From positions 32,001 to 96,000 of the forward strand of contig JBBQQR010000006.1 of the NCBI GenBank assembly GCA_038215615.1: a stretch of DNA of 64,000 bases, given 5' to 3'. The notes under the pieces are model-generated. The model worked only from the letters and a program-made list of their open reading frames with translations. It did no database searches and was not told the DNA's origin. Below, piece after piece: positions 28,101 to 36,268 of this stretch (positions within the stretch are counted from its first letter, which is position 1; each line of letters starts with the position of its first letter). The stretch comes from Vulcanimicrobiales bacterium (GTDB lineage Bacteria > Vulcanimicrobiota > Vulcanimicrobiia > Vulcanimicrobiales > Vulcanimicrobiaceae). The position numbers were made by a program, and so were the translations under genes.

Positions 28101-28334
28101 ACGTTCGGAGGTTCGGCGGGGCCGCCGACGGCCGTGCAGCTCACCGAAAATGCGGTGCTCCACGCGCTGGCCAACCAGCGCCTGCGCGCAGTGGCCGGCT
28201 TTGAAGCCGGCGCGCTGCGCCAGGTCGACGCGGCATTGCGTGCGGCGAAATTGCCTCTGCTGACGACGCTCACCCAACAGCCCAAGATTTACGACGAAGC
28301 TGTAGGCGGGCGCCGCGGAGACGACTCGCTTTAG
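25200..28334 (+). CDS. Secreted VPS10/BNR (Asp-box) beta-propeller glycosyl hydrolase-like protein
   Basis: Signal peptide, RSVGPAVSGGR, many S/TxDGGxTW Asp-boxes. Confidence 0.88.
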   Translation: MRRLLLAFALLAATPQPSPTPGFFDQMRFRSVGPAVSGGRLGAVAGTDADPSLYYVGAAGGGVWRSTNGGQTFSPVFDSQRIGSIGAVAIDPRDTKIVWVGTGEGAPRNDVSQGDGVYRSADGGRTWSHVLVLGNALVAAILVDPRDSNTVLVGVLGDPFADNEARGMYRTSDGGKTWQKTLYVDARTGASDIAASVKEPGVVYGGMWPYRRTGWSSESGGTQGGLYKSSDFGATWQKLTGNGLPEGETGRIGVAVAPSDPQRVYALIESKQGLLWRSDDGGATWKLTSSNTLINERPFYYTHVFVDPTNENHLWALSVHVAASSDGGKTWRLGARGVHGDNHAMWISKDAKRIIEGNDGGPSFSYDDGTTWQMPHNLAIAQLYHIGFDRQNPYHVCAPLQDNGVWCAPNDGLSGGISSSQWQSMGGGDGTWVVPDPLQPKVVWLTSGGGNFAGEISVIDTRTNEIRTVSPFLHDQNVVDPRNLKYRFNWETPIAFDPFDPHTVYTAGDVVFKTRDAGQHWQAISPDLTRNARSHETLSGGITLDGTGAETSETILYIEPSRVKRGLLWIGTDDGYVQLTQDGGKSWRNVTPTGLPPFGRFASLSASVHNAGVLYAVYDLHMVGDRAPHVFVTADYGRHWRDIAANLPAGQEVRSVRADPRNAQLVYAGLENSLWATFDGGAHWRDINLNLPPSSVRDIAVQPDRNDLLLATHGRSVWILDDISPLQNLRTAQSAASGVYLFPSRPATLWNEHSYFGTRTDGAGPPYGTIVTYYLKRPAAFAPTAEIIDSSGRIVRHFKAKDLSNQAGLNRFSWDIAEDAPPIWKFTPTWNQGGAFSQESVTVLPGRYTLVLHAGVPLRRPIVVEQDPRTRYPAAQLRQNYVAMSEVFDDFGRVNVALNVLSTVLNEAPFRTAALNQAQNGTLALQVAAVASQARLLLLSITQNPVNDQDDDFFTDVLRERLQTQMGTFGGSAGPPTAVQLTENAVLHALANQRLRAVAGFEAGALRQVDAALRAAKLPLLTTLTQQPKIYDEAVGGRRGDDSL

Positions 28335-28358
28335 GCGACAGCCGCCGGTACGACAGCG

Positions 28359-28392
28359 AGCATACGCTGCAAGGGTGGCAGCTGTATGGCAC
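28359..28392 (-). promoter_or_regulatory. Third copy of the GTGCCA-N6-TGGCAC-N10-(-10) architecture (one mismatch), no start codon downstream
   Basis: Minus strand reads GTGCCA-tacagc-TGCCAC-ccttgcagcg-TATGCT. Confidence 0.55.
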
Positions 28393-28522
28393 CGTGCGCG
28401 AACCGTACTGCAATTGCTGTATGGTTCAAATGTCACGGTGCCGCTTAATATCTTTACAGAGCCTCTCCCAGGTGTGGCCGTCGTCGCGGAGGGGCTCCAA
28501 AGTTTTCGTCGTAGGTCGCGGT

Positions 28523-31159
28523 GTGACGCGGCTGGCCGACGCTGCACGACCCGCCGGACCGGCAACATTTTCGCCGATCGTTCGTCCGCGAATATCGCAG
28601 CGCATCGACGCAGCCGCTGCCGGCCGAATCGTCCTGATTGTCGCCCCTGCCGGATACGGAAAATCCCTGGCGCTGTCGCATTGGCTGGAGTGCCAGCCGC
28701 GCCGGCCCGTGCGCTTCGACGTGCAAACCGAACACGATACGCTGCTCGGGTTTGTGCGCGGAATTGCGGATGCGTTCTTCCAGTTCCCCGCGTTGCGGAA
28801 GACCGTGGCGACCGCATTTCAAAACAGCGCGTCGGCTGCGGCGCCGGGAATTGAAATGGCTCGCTGGATGGCAGCCCATCTTGAGGCATTTGAGGGTACC
28901 GTCGCCATCGACGATTTTCACCGCGCGAGCGAGGATGTCGAGGTTTCGCGGTTCGTCGCCTCTCTGATCGCCCGAACGAAGCCGCGGGTACAGTGGGTGC
29001 TGGCCACGCGCTCGACATTAGATCTGCCGGTCGCGAGTTGGCTTGCTTACGGCGAAGCGCATTTCGTCATCGGCGATCGCGATCTGCGCTTCTTAGACGA
29101 CGAAGCGCTCGAGCTTTCCCAAGGCGCAGGGCAAGTCTGGTCGCCGCGGGCGCTTCGGGGCGTGATGGACGCGACGTCGGGTTGGCCCGTCGCATTGGGG
29201 CTTGCGCTGCGAAGCACGAGCGTATTGAACGGCGCCGATCTTTCACACTCTACGCGCGAGGTACTGTTCCAATACCTGGCGGAGCAAGTCTATGCCGACC
29301 TTTCGCCGGAAGAGCGCGAGCTGTTGCATTTTGCCGCATACTTACCGTCGATCGATATCGGCGTTCTCGAAGTTGCCGGCTATCGCACCAGTGCGAGAAT
29401 GTTGGAAACAGTCCGACGAAGAGCGACATTTCTTTCGCTCGAATCCCCGGGCAGATACAAGTGCCACGATCTATTTCGCGAATTCTTGCGAAGTCAGTTC
29501 GAACTGAATGATCCGGCGGAGGCGAAATGCTCACAGGAGAAGGCGGCCTCAGCTTTGGAGCGGAGCAGCGATGTTGTCGCAGCGTTGCGCCTCTACTCGA
29601 AGCTACATGCGACACCCGCGATTTTGCGGATCCTGCGCGAGCACGGCTTTAACCTAATGGATCACTCTCACGGTGATGTTGTAGAAAGCGCGCTGCAAGC
29701 GGTGCCGCCGAACGTGCGATCTGCCGACGCCATCATCCTCGGCTTGCGCGCCCAACGTGCCGCCGATGCCGGACACTTGGAGCGCGCCGAAGCGCTGTTC
29801 AGGCGTGCGCTAGACTCCACGAAGGATACCGACGCGCGCCTAACACTTGCGGTCTCTTTCGCGGTTTTGCAAAGGAACCAATCGCGCTCCGTTAATGAGA
29901 TTCTTGGTCCCCTAGACGCATCTGCGGGGCGACTTGAGTTGCGAGCCGAGATGGCTGCCTTGCTCGCGACCGACAGCGCGCTGTCAAACGAACAAAATAG
30001 CGCTAAGGAAAGGGTCGCGGCGGCAGAGCAGTTCTGCGCGCTTATTGAATCGCAGGAGGTTCGCGCCAAGCTACTTTTGCGAATCGGAATCGCTAAAATG
30101 ACGCTGGGCTACGCTGCTGACGAAGTGCTGTCAGGATTGTCAGAGGCCGCTACCTTAGCGGAAAGAATTGGGATGCTTGGCATCGCGGCTAGAGCATATA
30201 ATGTTCTGGGCATGGCGCAGTTGTTCTGTCTAAACGCGCCGGACAAAACACTAGAATCCGAAAAGAAAGGTGCAATTGCCGCCATAAAGAGCGCCGATCG
30301 CTTTGCCCTACAAGCTTCAATTACATGCTCAATTACGGCGGAAACAAACCTTGGAAATGCGCGGGCATTAGAACCGTTGCTATCGCGCCTTAGCGACGCT
30401 GCCATATCGGACGCGGAACGGCTGCGCTCCATTAGATCTTACACGCGAGCCACGATTTGTGCTTGGAATGGGCATCTTCAAGACGCCGTCGTGCTGATGG
30501 GCGACCTAGTGTCAAATAATTACGGTTATTATGATTTCGACCAACTGTTCAACATGGCAAGCCATGCTTTATTTGCGGCGGCATGCGACGATATTTCGGC
30601 GAGCAGGAAGCTGCTGGTTGCCGCGGCCGAAAAAAGCAGGCACTGTAAAGTTCCACATGCGTACGCCAAAGCGAAATGGGGCGTTGCAACCGTGTTTTGT
30701 GCAACCGCGGAATATCTAAACGGCCGTCGACAACGCGCTGGGGAATTACTGAAAACGTTACCGATGGACTCCCCTGCGTCCGTGATGCGCCTAAGCGAGA
30801 CGCTAAATGTATTTTTACAGGGAGGTAGCGATTGGAACGATGACGTGTCGACCTTAGTAAAATCAGTCGCGGGCGGATACACCGGTGCAGCTCGGACGCT
30901 TGAGGCGTGCATGAAGTATTGGGCGGCTCTACACGGTGTGGGCGCTCGGCCAAGTGGCGCCTTGACGCCGGCTGAACGACGCGTATTGTTTGATTTAGAA
31001 GCGGGGGAAAGTCCCAAGGAAATTGCTGCTCGCACGGGGCGGAGTATTCACACGATTCGAACGTTGATTCAGCGATCTATTCAGAAGCTTGGTTGTCAGG
31101 GACGTCATGAGGCTTTGGCGATGGCTCGACGGTCCGGAGTATTCACGATAGATCTCTAG
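28523..31159 (+). CDS. MalT-like STAND ATPase-helical repeat-LuxR HTH regulator
   Basis: VRPR, APAGYGKS, IDDFH, SGWP, CHDLFREFL, C-terminal LTPAERRVL..GESPKEIA..GRSIHTIR. Start GTG 28523 inferred from the paralog. Confidence 0.9.
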   Translation: MTRLADAARPAGPATFSPIVRPRISQRIDAAAAGRIVLIVAPAGYGKSLALSHWLECQPRRPVRFDVQTEHDTLLGFVRGIADAFFQFPALRKTVATAFQNSASAAAPGIEMARWMAAHLEAFEGTVAIDDFHRASEDVEVSRFVASLIARTKPRVQWVLATRSTLDLPVASWLAYGEAHFVIGDRDLRFLDDEALELSQGAGQVWSPRALRGVMDATSGWPVALGLALRSTSVLNGADLSHSTREVLFQYLAEQVYADLSPEERELLHFAAYLPSIDIGVLEVAGYRTSARMLETVRRRATFLSLESPGRYKCHDLFREFLRSQFELNDPAEAKCSQEKAASALERSSDVVAALRLYSKLHATPAILRILREHGFNLMDHSHGDVVESALQAVPPNVRSADAIILGLRAQRAADAGHLERAEALFRRALDSTKDTDARLTLAVSFAVLQRNQSRSVNEILGPLDASAGRLELRAEMAALLATDSALSNEQNSAKERVAAAEQFCALIESQEVRAKLLLRIGIAKMTLGYAADEVLSGLSEAATLAERIGMLGIAARAYNVLGMAQLFCLNAPDKTLESEKKGAIAAIKSADRFALQASITCSITAETNLGNARALEPLLSRLSDAAISDAERLRSIRSYTRATICAWNGHLQDAVVLMGDLVSNNYGYYDFDQLFNMASHALFAAACDDISASRKLLVAAAEKSRHCKVPHAYAKAKWGVATVFCATAEYLNGRRQRAGELLKTLPMDSPASVMRLSETLNVFLQGGSDWNDDVSTLVKSVAGGYTGAARTLEACMKYWAALHGVGARPSGALTPAERRVLFDLEAGESPKEIAARTGRSIHTIRTLIQRSIQKLGCQGRHEALAMARRSGVFTIDL

Positions 31160-31207
31160 CATGTTGCATCTGGAGGAGCAGACCAGAGCACGCCTAAGGC
31201 ATCCGTA

Positions 31208-33850
31208 ATGATTAGGCCAGTCAGGGCAGATGGCCACGTGGAGCGAGGCGGGATCTTTACTCCGGTTGTTCGGCCGCGAGTCATCGACAGAATTGCGTCC
31301 GCGGCCTCTCAGAGGGTTGTTCTGGTTGTTGCTCCCGCCGGCTACGGTAAATCACTTGCCGTCGGCCAATACCTGGACACCTCGAGTGAGCCCTACGTGC
31401 GTTTTGATGCTAAGCCTGAACACGCGCGTCTGTTAGGATTCCTTCGTGGTTTTGCCGATGCGCTGTCGACAGTTACTGTGGATGCGCGGCGAACGCTCAA
31501 GGCCGCCTACGAAGCAAGTTGCCCGTCAAGAACGCAGGGCGCGGATCTAGCGATGTGGATGCATTCGCACATCAAGAGCTATTCGGGGTTAATTGTAATC
31601 GATGATTTGCATGTTACTGAGGCAGATTGTGAAGTAACAGAGTTTTTATCCACCTTGGTCGCTCTCTCGCGTGGACGTACGAGATGGCTGCTCGCGTCAA
31701 GATCTACACTAGATTTACCGGTTGGTTCGTGGCTGGCATACGGCGACATGGATCTGACAATCGATGAGCATGATCTGCGATTCACGCTGGAAGAGGCGCG
31801 ACAGGCTGGGAAGGCCGCGCGCGTCACCGTCCGGGATGAAGAGCTTGAACAGCTATTGCTGATGACGCAAGGCTGGCCAACCGCGTTAAGTTTCGCTTTG
31901 CGTTCATCGACGAGATCCGTAGATCTCAAGAATATCCAGGCAAACACGTTGGAAATGGTGTACCGTTATCTCGCCGAGCAAGTATATCGGGGCCTAAATA
32001 GTGAAGAGCGAGATTTACTGCACTTTATCTCGTACCTCGACGAAATAGACATTCCTGTGCTTCGCAAAGCCGGCTATACGCACGCCAAGCGCATTATCGA
32101 GAGTCTCCGAGATCGGGTTGCGTTTATATATTCGGATAAGCCATCGATTTATGGTTGCCACGATTTGTTTCGTGGATTCCTTCGGCATCAGCTCGAGTTA
32201 AGTGGGGACGCAGCCGTTCTTGCCACTCAATTGAAGGCGGCGCGAGCGCTTGAAGCGGTTAACAATGTCCCGGCCGCGCTTCGAATATTCGCGCAAGCGC
32301 TTTCTGCAGATGACGTCTTGCGGTTGCTCGAAACCCATGGTTTGGAACTCGCGGAGCAGGGTCACGGCGATGTAGTACAAGTTGTCCTCACAATCGTACC
32401 TCATGACATACGTGCCAAAAATCCCTACGTGTTGGGTATTCGCGGAATCGTGATGGGAGATGCCGGTAGGCTTGATCGTGCCGAATCACTCCTGCAGCGA
32501 GCCATCGCAGGCGCTAAAGACGTAGCTTTAAGAGCAACGCTCGCCATAAAACTAGCTTTAATTCTCGCGAACCAGATGAAAGAAACAGCTAGCGTCCTGG
32601 AGCCTCTAAAGTCCGAACCACTTTCGAAGAATTTGCGTAGCGAGGTTCTCAGTCTTCTCGCGATTGCGTATGCGTACGCCGCTCGGCCAGAACAGGCGGA
32701 AGAGGCGGCACGTGAGGCGGAGCTTTTGGCGTCTGAGCTAGACAATGACCAAGATCGCGCGAAGGTGTTTCACCGTATCGCAATTGCGGAAGCTCGACTG
32801 GGCTTGCCTTTTGAGAAAGTGCTTGCTATGCAGGAACGAGCGGCTAGCCTTGCTTCAGAGCAGGGTTTGTTTGGTTTGGCAGGGCGTTGTTTTTCATCGT
32901 TGGCTAGCATCGCGCTTTTCTACGAAGGCGATATTACAAGAGAAATTTGGTATGCCCAGCAGGCATCTACGGCGTCGATGAAAGCCGGCGATCGAATAAA
33001 TTTGCAGACGGCCCTACTGCAGTTAATTGATATCGAGGGTCGGCGCGGCGATGCCGAGCGAATTCTGACGCTGGAAAAGCAGCTCGCCGCCGTAGCTACG
33101 ACAGACGCAAACCGGCTTGTGTACGTGGTTCCGGTTCGCGCTCTATTTGCCGCATGGCAGGGAAAGTTTGATGAAGCGCACCGTCTTATGGCGACTGTCG
33201 CCGGCAATGCCCGCTTCTTTGATTTCGATCGCGCCCTCAATGCTGCGATCGATGCCGTACTTTTATTGGCCGACGGTCGGCGCGAGGAGGCTCTCGCCGC
33301 CACTTCTCAGGCGCTGGCGGAGATCGAAAAGGGAGTATCGCCTTTGCCGCACGCAAGGCGTCAGAACGAAATAGCAAAACTGTTCTGTTGTATAGTAGAA
33401 AGCCTCGCAGGTCGTCAGTTAAATGCTCAGCGGCTTCTACGTGTTAAGCCACTGACTCACGGCCCGGCGGTTCAGGCTTTTCGAAATGCTGCAGCGGCCG
33501 TCTTGCGGATGAATAAAACCGATTGTGTAGACACGCTGACGGAACACTTCGAGGGTATCTCACTCGCTGGCTACGGCGGCTTCGCGCGTGTTCTGGGACT
33601 GGCAATAGAGAAGATTCTGAACTCTGGTGCGAGTGACGAGGAATTGACTCAGACCCAGATCCAGATCTTGGAGGCTTTAGCTTTGGGCCGGACCCCTAAA
33701 GAAATCGCCCGCGAGAGCGAGCGGAGCCTTTACACTATCCAAACACATATCCAGAACATCATAAAACGGCTCGGGTGCAGCGGTAGGCACGAAGCGCTTG
33801 TAATTGCTCGTGCGCGCGGTCTACTGAACGACGCCGGCGCACCATCCTGA
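31208..33850 (+). CDS. MalT-like STAND ATPase-helical repeat-LuxR HTH regulator (tandem paralog)
   Basis: VRPR, APAGYGKS, IDDLH, QGWP, CHDLFRGFL, C-terminal LTQTQIQIL..GRTPKEIA..RSLYTIQTH. Confidence 0.92.
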   Translation: MIRPVRADGHVERGGIFTPVVRPRVIDRIASAASQRVVLVVAPAGYGKSLAVGQYLDTSSEPYVRFDAKPEHARLLGFLRGFADALSTVTVDARRTLKAAYEASCPSRTQGADLAMWMHSHIKSYSGLIVIDDLHVTEADCEVTEFLSTLVALSRGRTRWLLASRSTLDLPVGSWLAYGDMDLTIDEHDLRFTLEEARQAGKAARVTVRDEELEQLLLMTQGWPTALSFALRSSTRSVDLKNIQANTLEMVYRYLAEQVYRGLNSEERDLLHFISYLDEIDIPVLRKAGYTHAKRIIESLRDRVAFIYSDKPSIYGCHDLFRGFLRHQLELSGDAAVLATQLKAARALEAVNNVPAALRIFAQALSADDVLRLLETHGLELAEQGHGDVVQVVLTIVPHDIRAKNPYVLGIRGIVMGDAGRLDRAESLLQRAIAGAKDVALRATLAIKLALILANQMKETASVLEPLKSEPLSKNLRSEVLSLLAIAYAYAARPEQAEEAAREAELLASELDNDQDRAKVFHRIAIAEARLGLPFEKVLAMQERAASLASEQGLFGLAGRCFSSLASIALFYEGDITREIWYAQQASTASMKAGDRINLQTALLQLIDIEGRRGDAERILTLEKQLAAVATTDANRLVYVVPVRALFAAWQGKFDEAHRLMATVAGNARFFDFDRALNAAIDAVLLLADGRREEALAATSQALAEIEKGVSPLPHARRQNEIAKLFCCIVESLAGRQLNAQRLLRVKPLTHGPAVQAFRNAAAAVLRMNKTDCVDTLTEHFEGISLAGYGGFARVLGLAIEKILNSGASDEELTQTQIQILEALALGRTPKEIARESERSLYTIQTHIQNIIKRLGCSGRHEALVIARARGLLNDAGAPS

Positions 33851-33945
33851 CGGCCAACGGCATACTGATCTTTAATTAGAGACCTAAAGCGCAGTCCGGG
33901 CTATTCTAAGAGCTAATCACACGAGTTTCTCAAGGAGCATTTGAA

Positions 33946-34011
33946 GTGGATTCTCTTGTCTTAGCTATAGAACTTATTTTTGTCGGTACCGTCCCCCCGA
34001 CAATCGGATAG
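33946..34011 (+). CDS. Putative 21-aa peptide MDSLVLAIELIFVGTVPPTIG
   Basis: AAGGAG (33932-37), 8 nt, GTG; hydrophobic N-part and Pro/Gly C-part; stop TAG at 34009-11. Confidence 0.6.
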   Translation: MDSLVLAIELIFVGTVPPTIG

Positions 34012-34083
34012 TCGGGCACCACCCTGACCGTATATACGCGAATTAGTTCGCTCGGATCGGACCTATCGCTGCTTACAAAGGCC

Positions 34084-34992
34084 GTGATCGAGCAGCTCCA
34101 AGATCCGACGTTGGTGGGAGATCCGGGCCTGGAAAGGTCGATTGAGGCGCTCCTCGATCGGCTTTGCATGTCGGTCAACCTCTCGAAACCCGTCGGTTTG
34201 AGCAATTGGGCGGTGCGCGAGGGGAACCGGTTGGGGACGGCACGCGCGAGCGAACTCGCGTCAGCTGCCCTTCATGTCGTGGCCGGCGAGGCCGCCCGTT
34301 TCGATCTCGACCACGGGCGGCTCTTGGCGTTCATGGAGGTGTTGCGCTCCGAGATCGTCTCGGAGTTAGCGTGGCACAAAAATGGAAAGCCTGAAGAACC
34401 GGCCGAATACTCCGAGAGCACTCGCGCGTTATTGGCAATGTTAGGCGAACGGGACTCGGCGACGTGCTGCCATTCCCGCGCAACGGGCGAATGGGCGCGC
34501 CGTCTGTGCGCCGCGATGGCAATTCTGCCTGAGAAAGCGGAATTGATAAAACTTTGCGCAGTATTGCACGACATCGGCAAAATTTCCACGCCCGAGGCCA
34601 TTCTTTTCAAACGCGGCACGTTTACGGAAGACGAGTGGGCGATCATGCGCGACCATTCGGCCGCCGGACAGCGCGTTCTGGATCAAATACCGACCCTGGC
34701 AAAATGCGCCCTGATCGTCAGAGCGCATCACGAGCGCTGGGACGGCACCGGCTATCCCGACGGCTTAGCGGGCGAAAACATTCCGTTTGAAGCGCGCGTC
34801 GTCGCCGTGGCGGACGCCTTTCATGCGATGATTAGTGAGCGTCCGTACCGCAAGGCTATACCTCCGCGTCAGGCCCTGGAGATATTGGAGGCGGGCCGCG
34901 GCACACAATGGGATGCCGGCGTTGTCGACGCGATGCTAGGCTTATTTCGAAAGTCACGTGAGCGCCACGAGGTCCGCGCTTCGAGCGCATAG
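34084..34992 (+). CDS. HD-GYP domain protein (cyclic-dinucleotide phosphodiesterase family) with unknown N-terminal domain
   Basis: HSRAT, LHDIGK, HHERWDGTGYPDGL, VADAFHAM..RPYR, GTQWD. Confidence 0.93.
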   Translation: MIEQLQDPTLVGDPGLERSIEALLDRLCMSVNLSKPVGLSNWAVREGNRLGTARASELASAALHVVAGEAARFDLDHGRLLAFMEVLRSEIVSELAWHKNGKPEEPAEYSESTRALLAMLGERDSATCCHSRATGEWARRLCAAMAILPEKAELIKLCAVLHDIGKISTPEAILFKRGTFTEDEWAIMRDHSAAGQRVLDQIPTLAKCALIVRAHHERWDGTGYPDGLAGENIPFEARVVAVADAFHAMISERPYRKAIPPRQALEILEAGRGTQWDAGVVDAMLGLFRKSRERHEVRASSA

Positions 34993-35017
34993 GCACCGCT
35001 ATTCCGGGTAGTGGGCT

Positions 35018-35050
35018 GGGCGCACCGAAAGGTGCGCCCTTCATTTTTTT
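35018..35050 (+). terminator. Intrinsic terminator
   Basis: GGGCGCACC-gaaa-GGTGCGCCC followed by TTCATTTTTTT. Confidence 0.9.
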
Positions 35051-35090
35051 GTGCCAACCAGTTGGCACTCAGATGCCCCATACTCGCACC
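35051..35090 (+). promoter_or_regulatory. Palindrome GTGCCA-N6-TGGCAC plus -10 box CATACT, leaderless start
   Basis: GTGCCA-accagt-TGGCAC-N10-CATACT-cgcacc-ATG(35091). Confidence 0.7.
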
Positions 35091-35540
35091 ATGGAGTACA
35101 TGATCGGCGCGGGAGCTATCCTGGAGGCGGGCGAGGGCGCCAAGGTTACGGCGGCAATGCTGCATGCCCGCGTCGACCCCATTCTAGCTCGCTCGGTTAA
35201 AGCTGCGGCGGTAGATTTCGACGGGAACTCGGCTGCCGCGCTGCGCCGGCTCCTGGTGTTGGTGCCCGGGTGGAACGCTGGGAGGTTCCGCTCGCGCGTG
35301 ACCCATCCGCTCATCGAGCGCGGGACATGCTCGCTGGCCGACGTGCTCTCCATGCTCGCCGCTGCCGCTCGGGCGCCGGAAATTCACTTGTTCGCACATT
35401 GGTTTCCCGACGATGCGACGTGCGCTGCCCTAAAGCAGCGCGGGATCGGATTGGTGGTGCATCCTTTGGAAGCCATTGAATCGGCCGCGGTCGTCGCGGG
35501 CCAGCGGCATACCCGGTGGAAGACCCGCCGGGCAGCCTAG
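35091..35540 (+). CDS. Hypothetical protein
   Basis: 149-aa ORF with a leaderless-type promoter directly upstream; no recognised family. Confidence 0.7.
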   Translation: MEYMIGAGAILEAGEGAKVTAAMLHARVDPILARSVKAAAVDFDGNSAAALRRLLVLVPGWNAGRFRSRVTHPLIERGTCSLADVLSMLAAAARAPEIHLFAHWFPDDATCAALKQRGIGLVVHPLEAIESAAVVAGQRHTRWKTRRAA

Positions 35541-35581
35541 TTCAGCCCCCTCTAAGGGTGAGGGTCGACCATCAGTCATAC

Positions 35582-36265
35582 ATGCCCGATATGCAACCGA
35601 CCCGCGTGGCGGTAGTCGACGATGACCGCTTCGTCCGCGAAATGCTCGAACTCGGCCTCTCCCGCGAGGGGTTCATCGTAAAAACCGCTGCCGACGGGGT
35701 CGCCGCGCTTCAGCTCGTGCGCGACTGGGCGCCGGAAGCGATCGTGCTCGACGTCATGATGCCGAAGATCGATGGGTTGGCCCTGCTGCCAAAATTGCGC
35801 GAGATCACGCAAGCTCCGATCCTGATGCTCACCGCCAAAGGTGAGACCGCCGACAAAGTCGCGACGCTGGGAGCAGGCGCCGACGATTATTTGGTCAAGC
35901 CGTTCATTTTCGAAGAACTCATCGCGCGGCTGCAAGCGAAGCTCCGGCGTCCGCAACTGATTGAAGAGCAAGTCTTTCGTTGGCACGACGTTGCCATCAA
36001 TCCCGATACGCGCGAAGCATGGCATGGCCGCGACGCCCTCGATCTCACACAGAGAGAATTCGATTTGCTCGCGGTCTTCATGCGCGAGCCGCGGCGAGTG
36101 TTTAGCAAAGACCACTTGCTCGAACTGGTCTGGGGTCACGACTTCGAAGGCGGCCCAAACATTGTAGAAACATACATTTCTTATTTGCGCGCGAAGATCG
36201 ATCAGCCCGATCAAGGTTCATTTTTCCGTACGGTGCGCGGCGTCGGCTACGGCCTGGCACAGTAG
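35582..36265 (+). CDS. OmpR/PhoB-family response regulator
   Basis: VVDDD, LDVMMP, LTAK, GADDYLVKPF, RTVRGVGY. Confidence 0.96.
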   Translation: MPDMQPTRVAVVDDDRFVREMLELGLSREGFIVKTAADGVAALQLVRDWAPEAIVLDVMMPKIDGLALLPKLREITQAPILMLTAKGETADKVATLGAGADDYLVKPFIFEELIARLQAKLRRPQLIEEQVFRWHDVAINPDTREAWHGRDALDLTQREFDLLAVFMREPRRVFSKDHLLELVWGHDFEGGPNIVETYISYLRAKIDQPDQGSFFRTVRGVGYGLAQ

Positions 36266-36268
36266 GGG

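Noticed and set aside
33941..33964. Alternative micro-ORF TTG-KWILLS* after the same SD
   Set aside because: Only 3 nt from AAGGAG; the GTG at 8 nt is the plausible start
35062..35078. TGGCAC as a sigma54 -24 element (also at 20194 and 28387)
   Set aside because: No TTGC at the required GG-N10-GC spacing; a palindrome with a fixed -10 box explains the sites better
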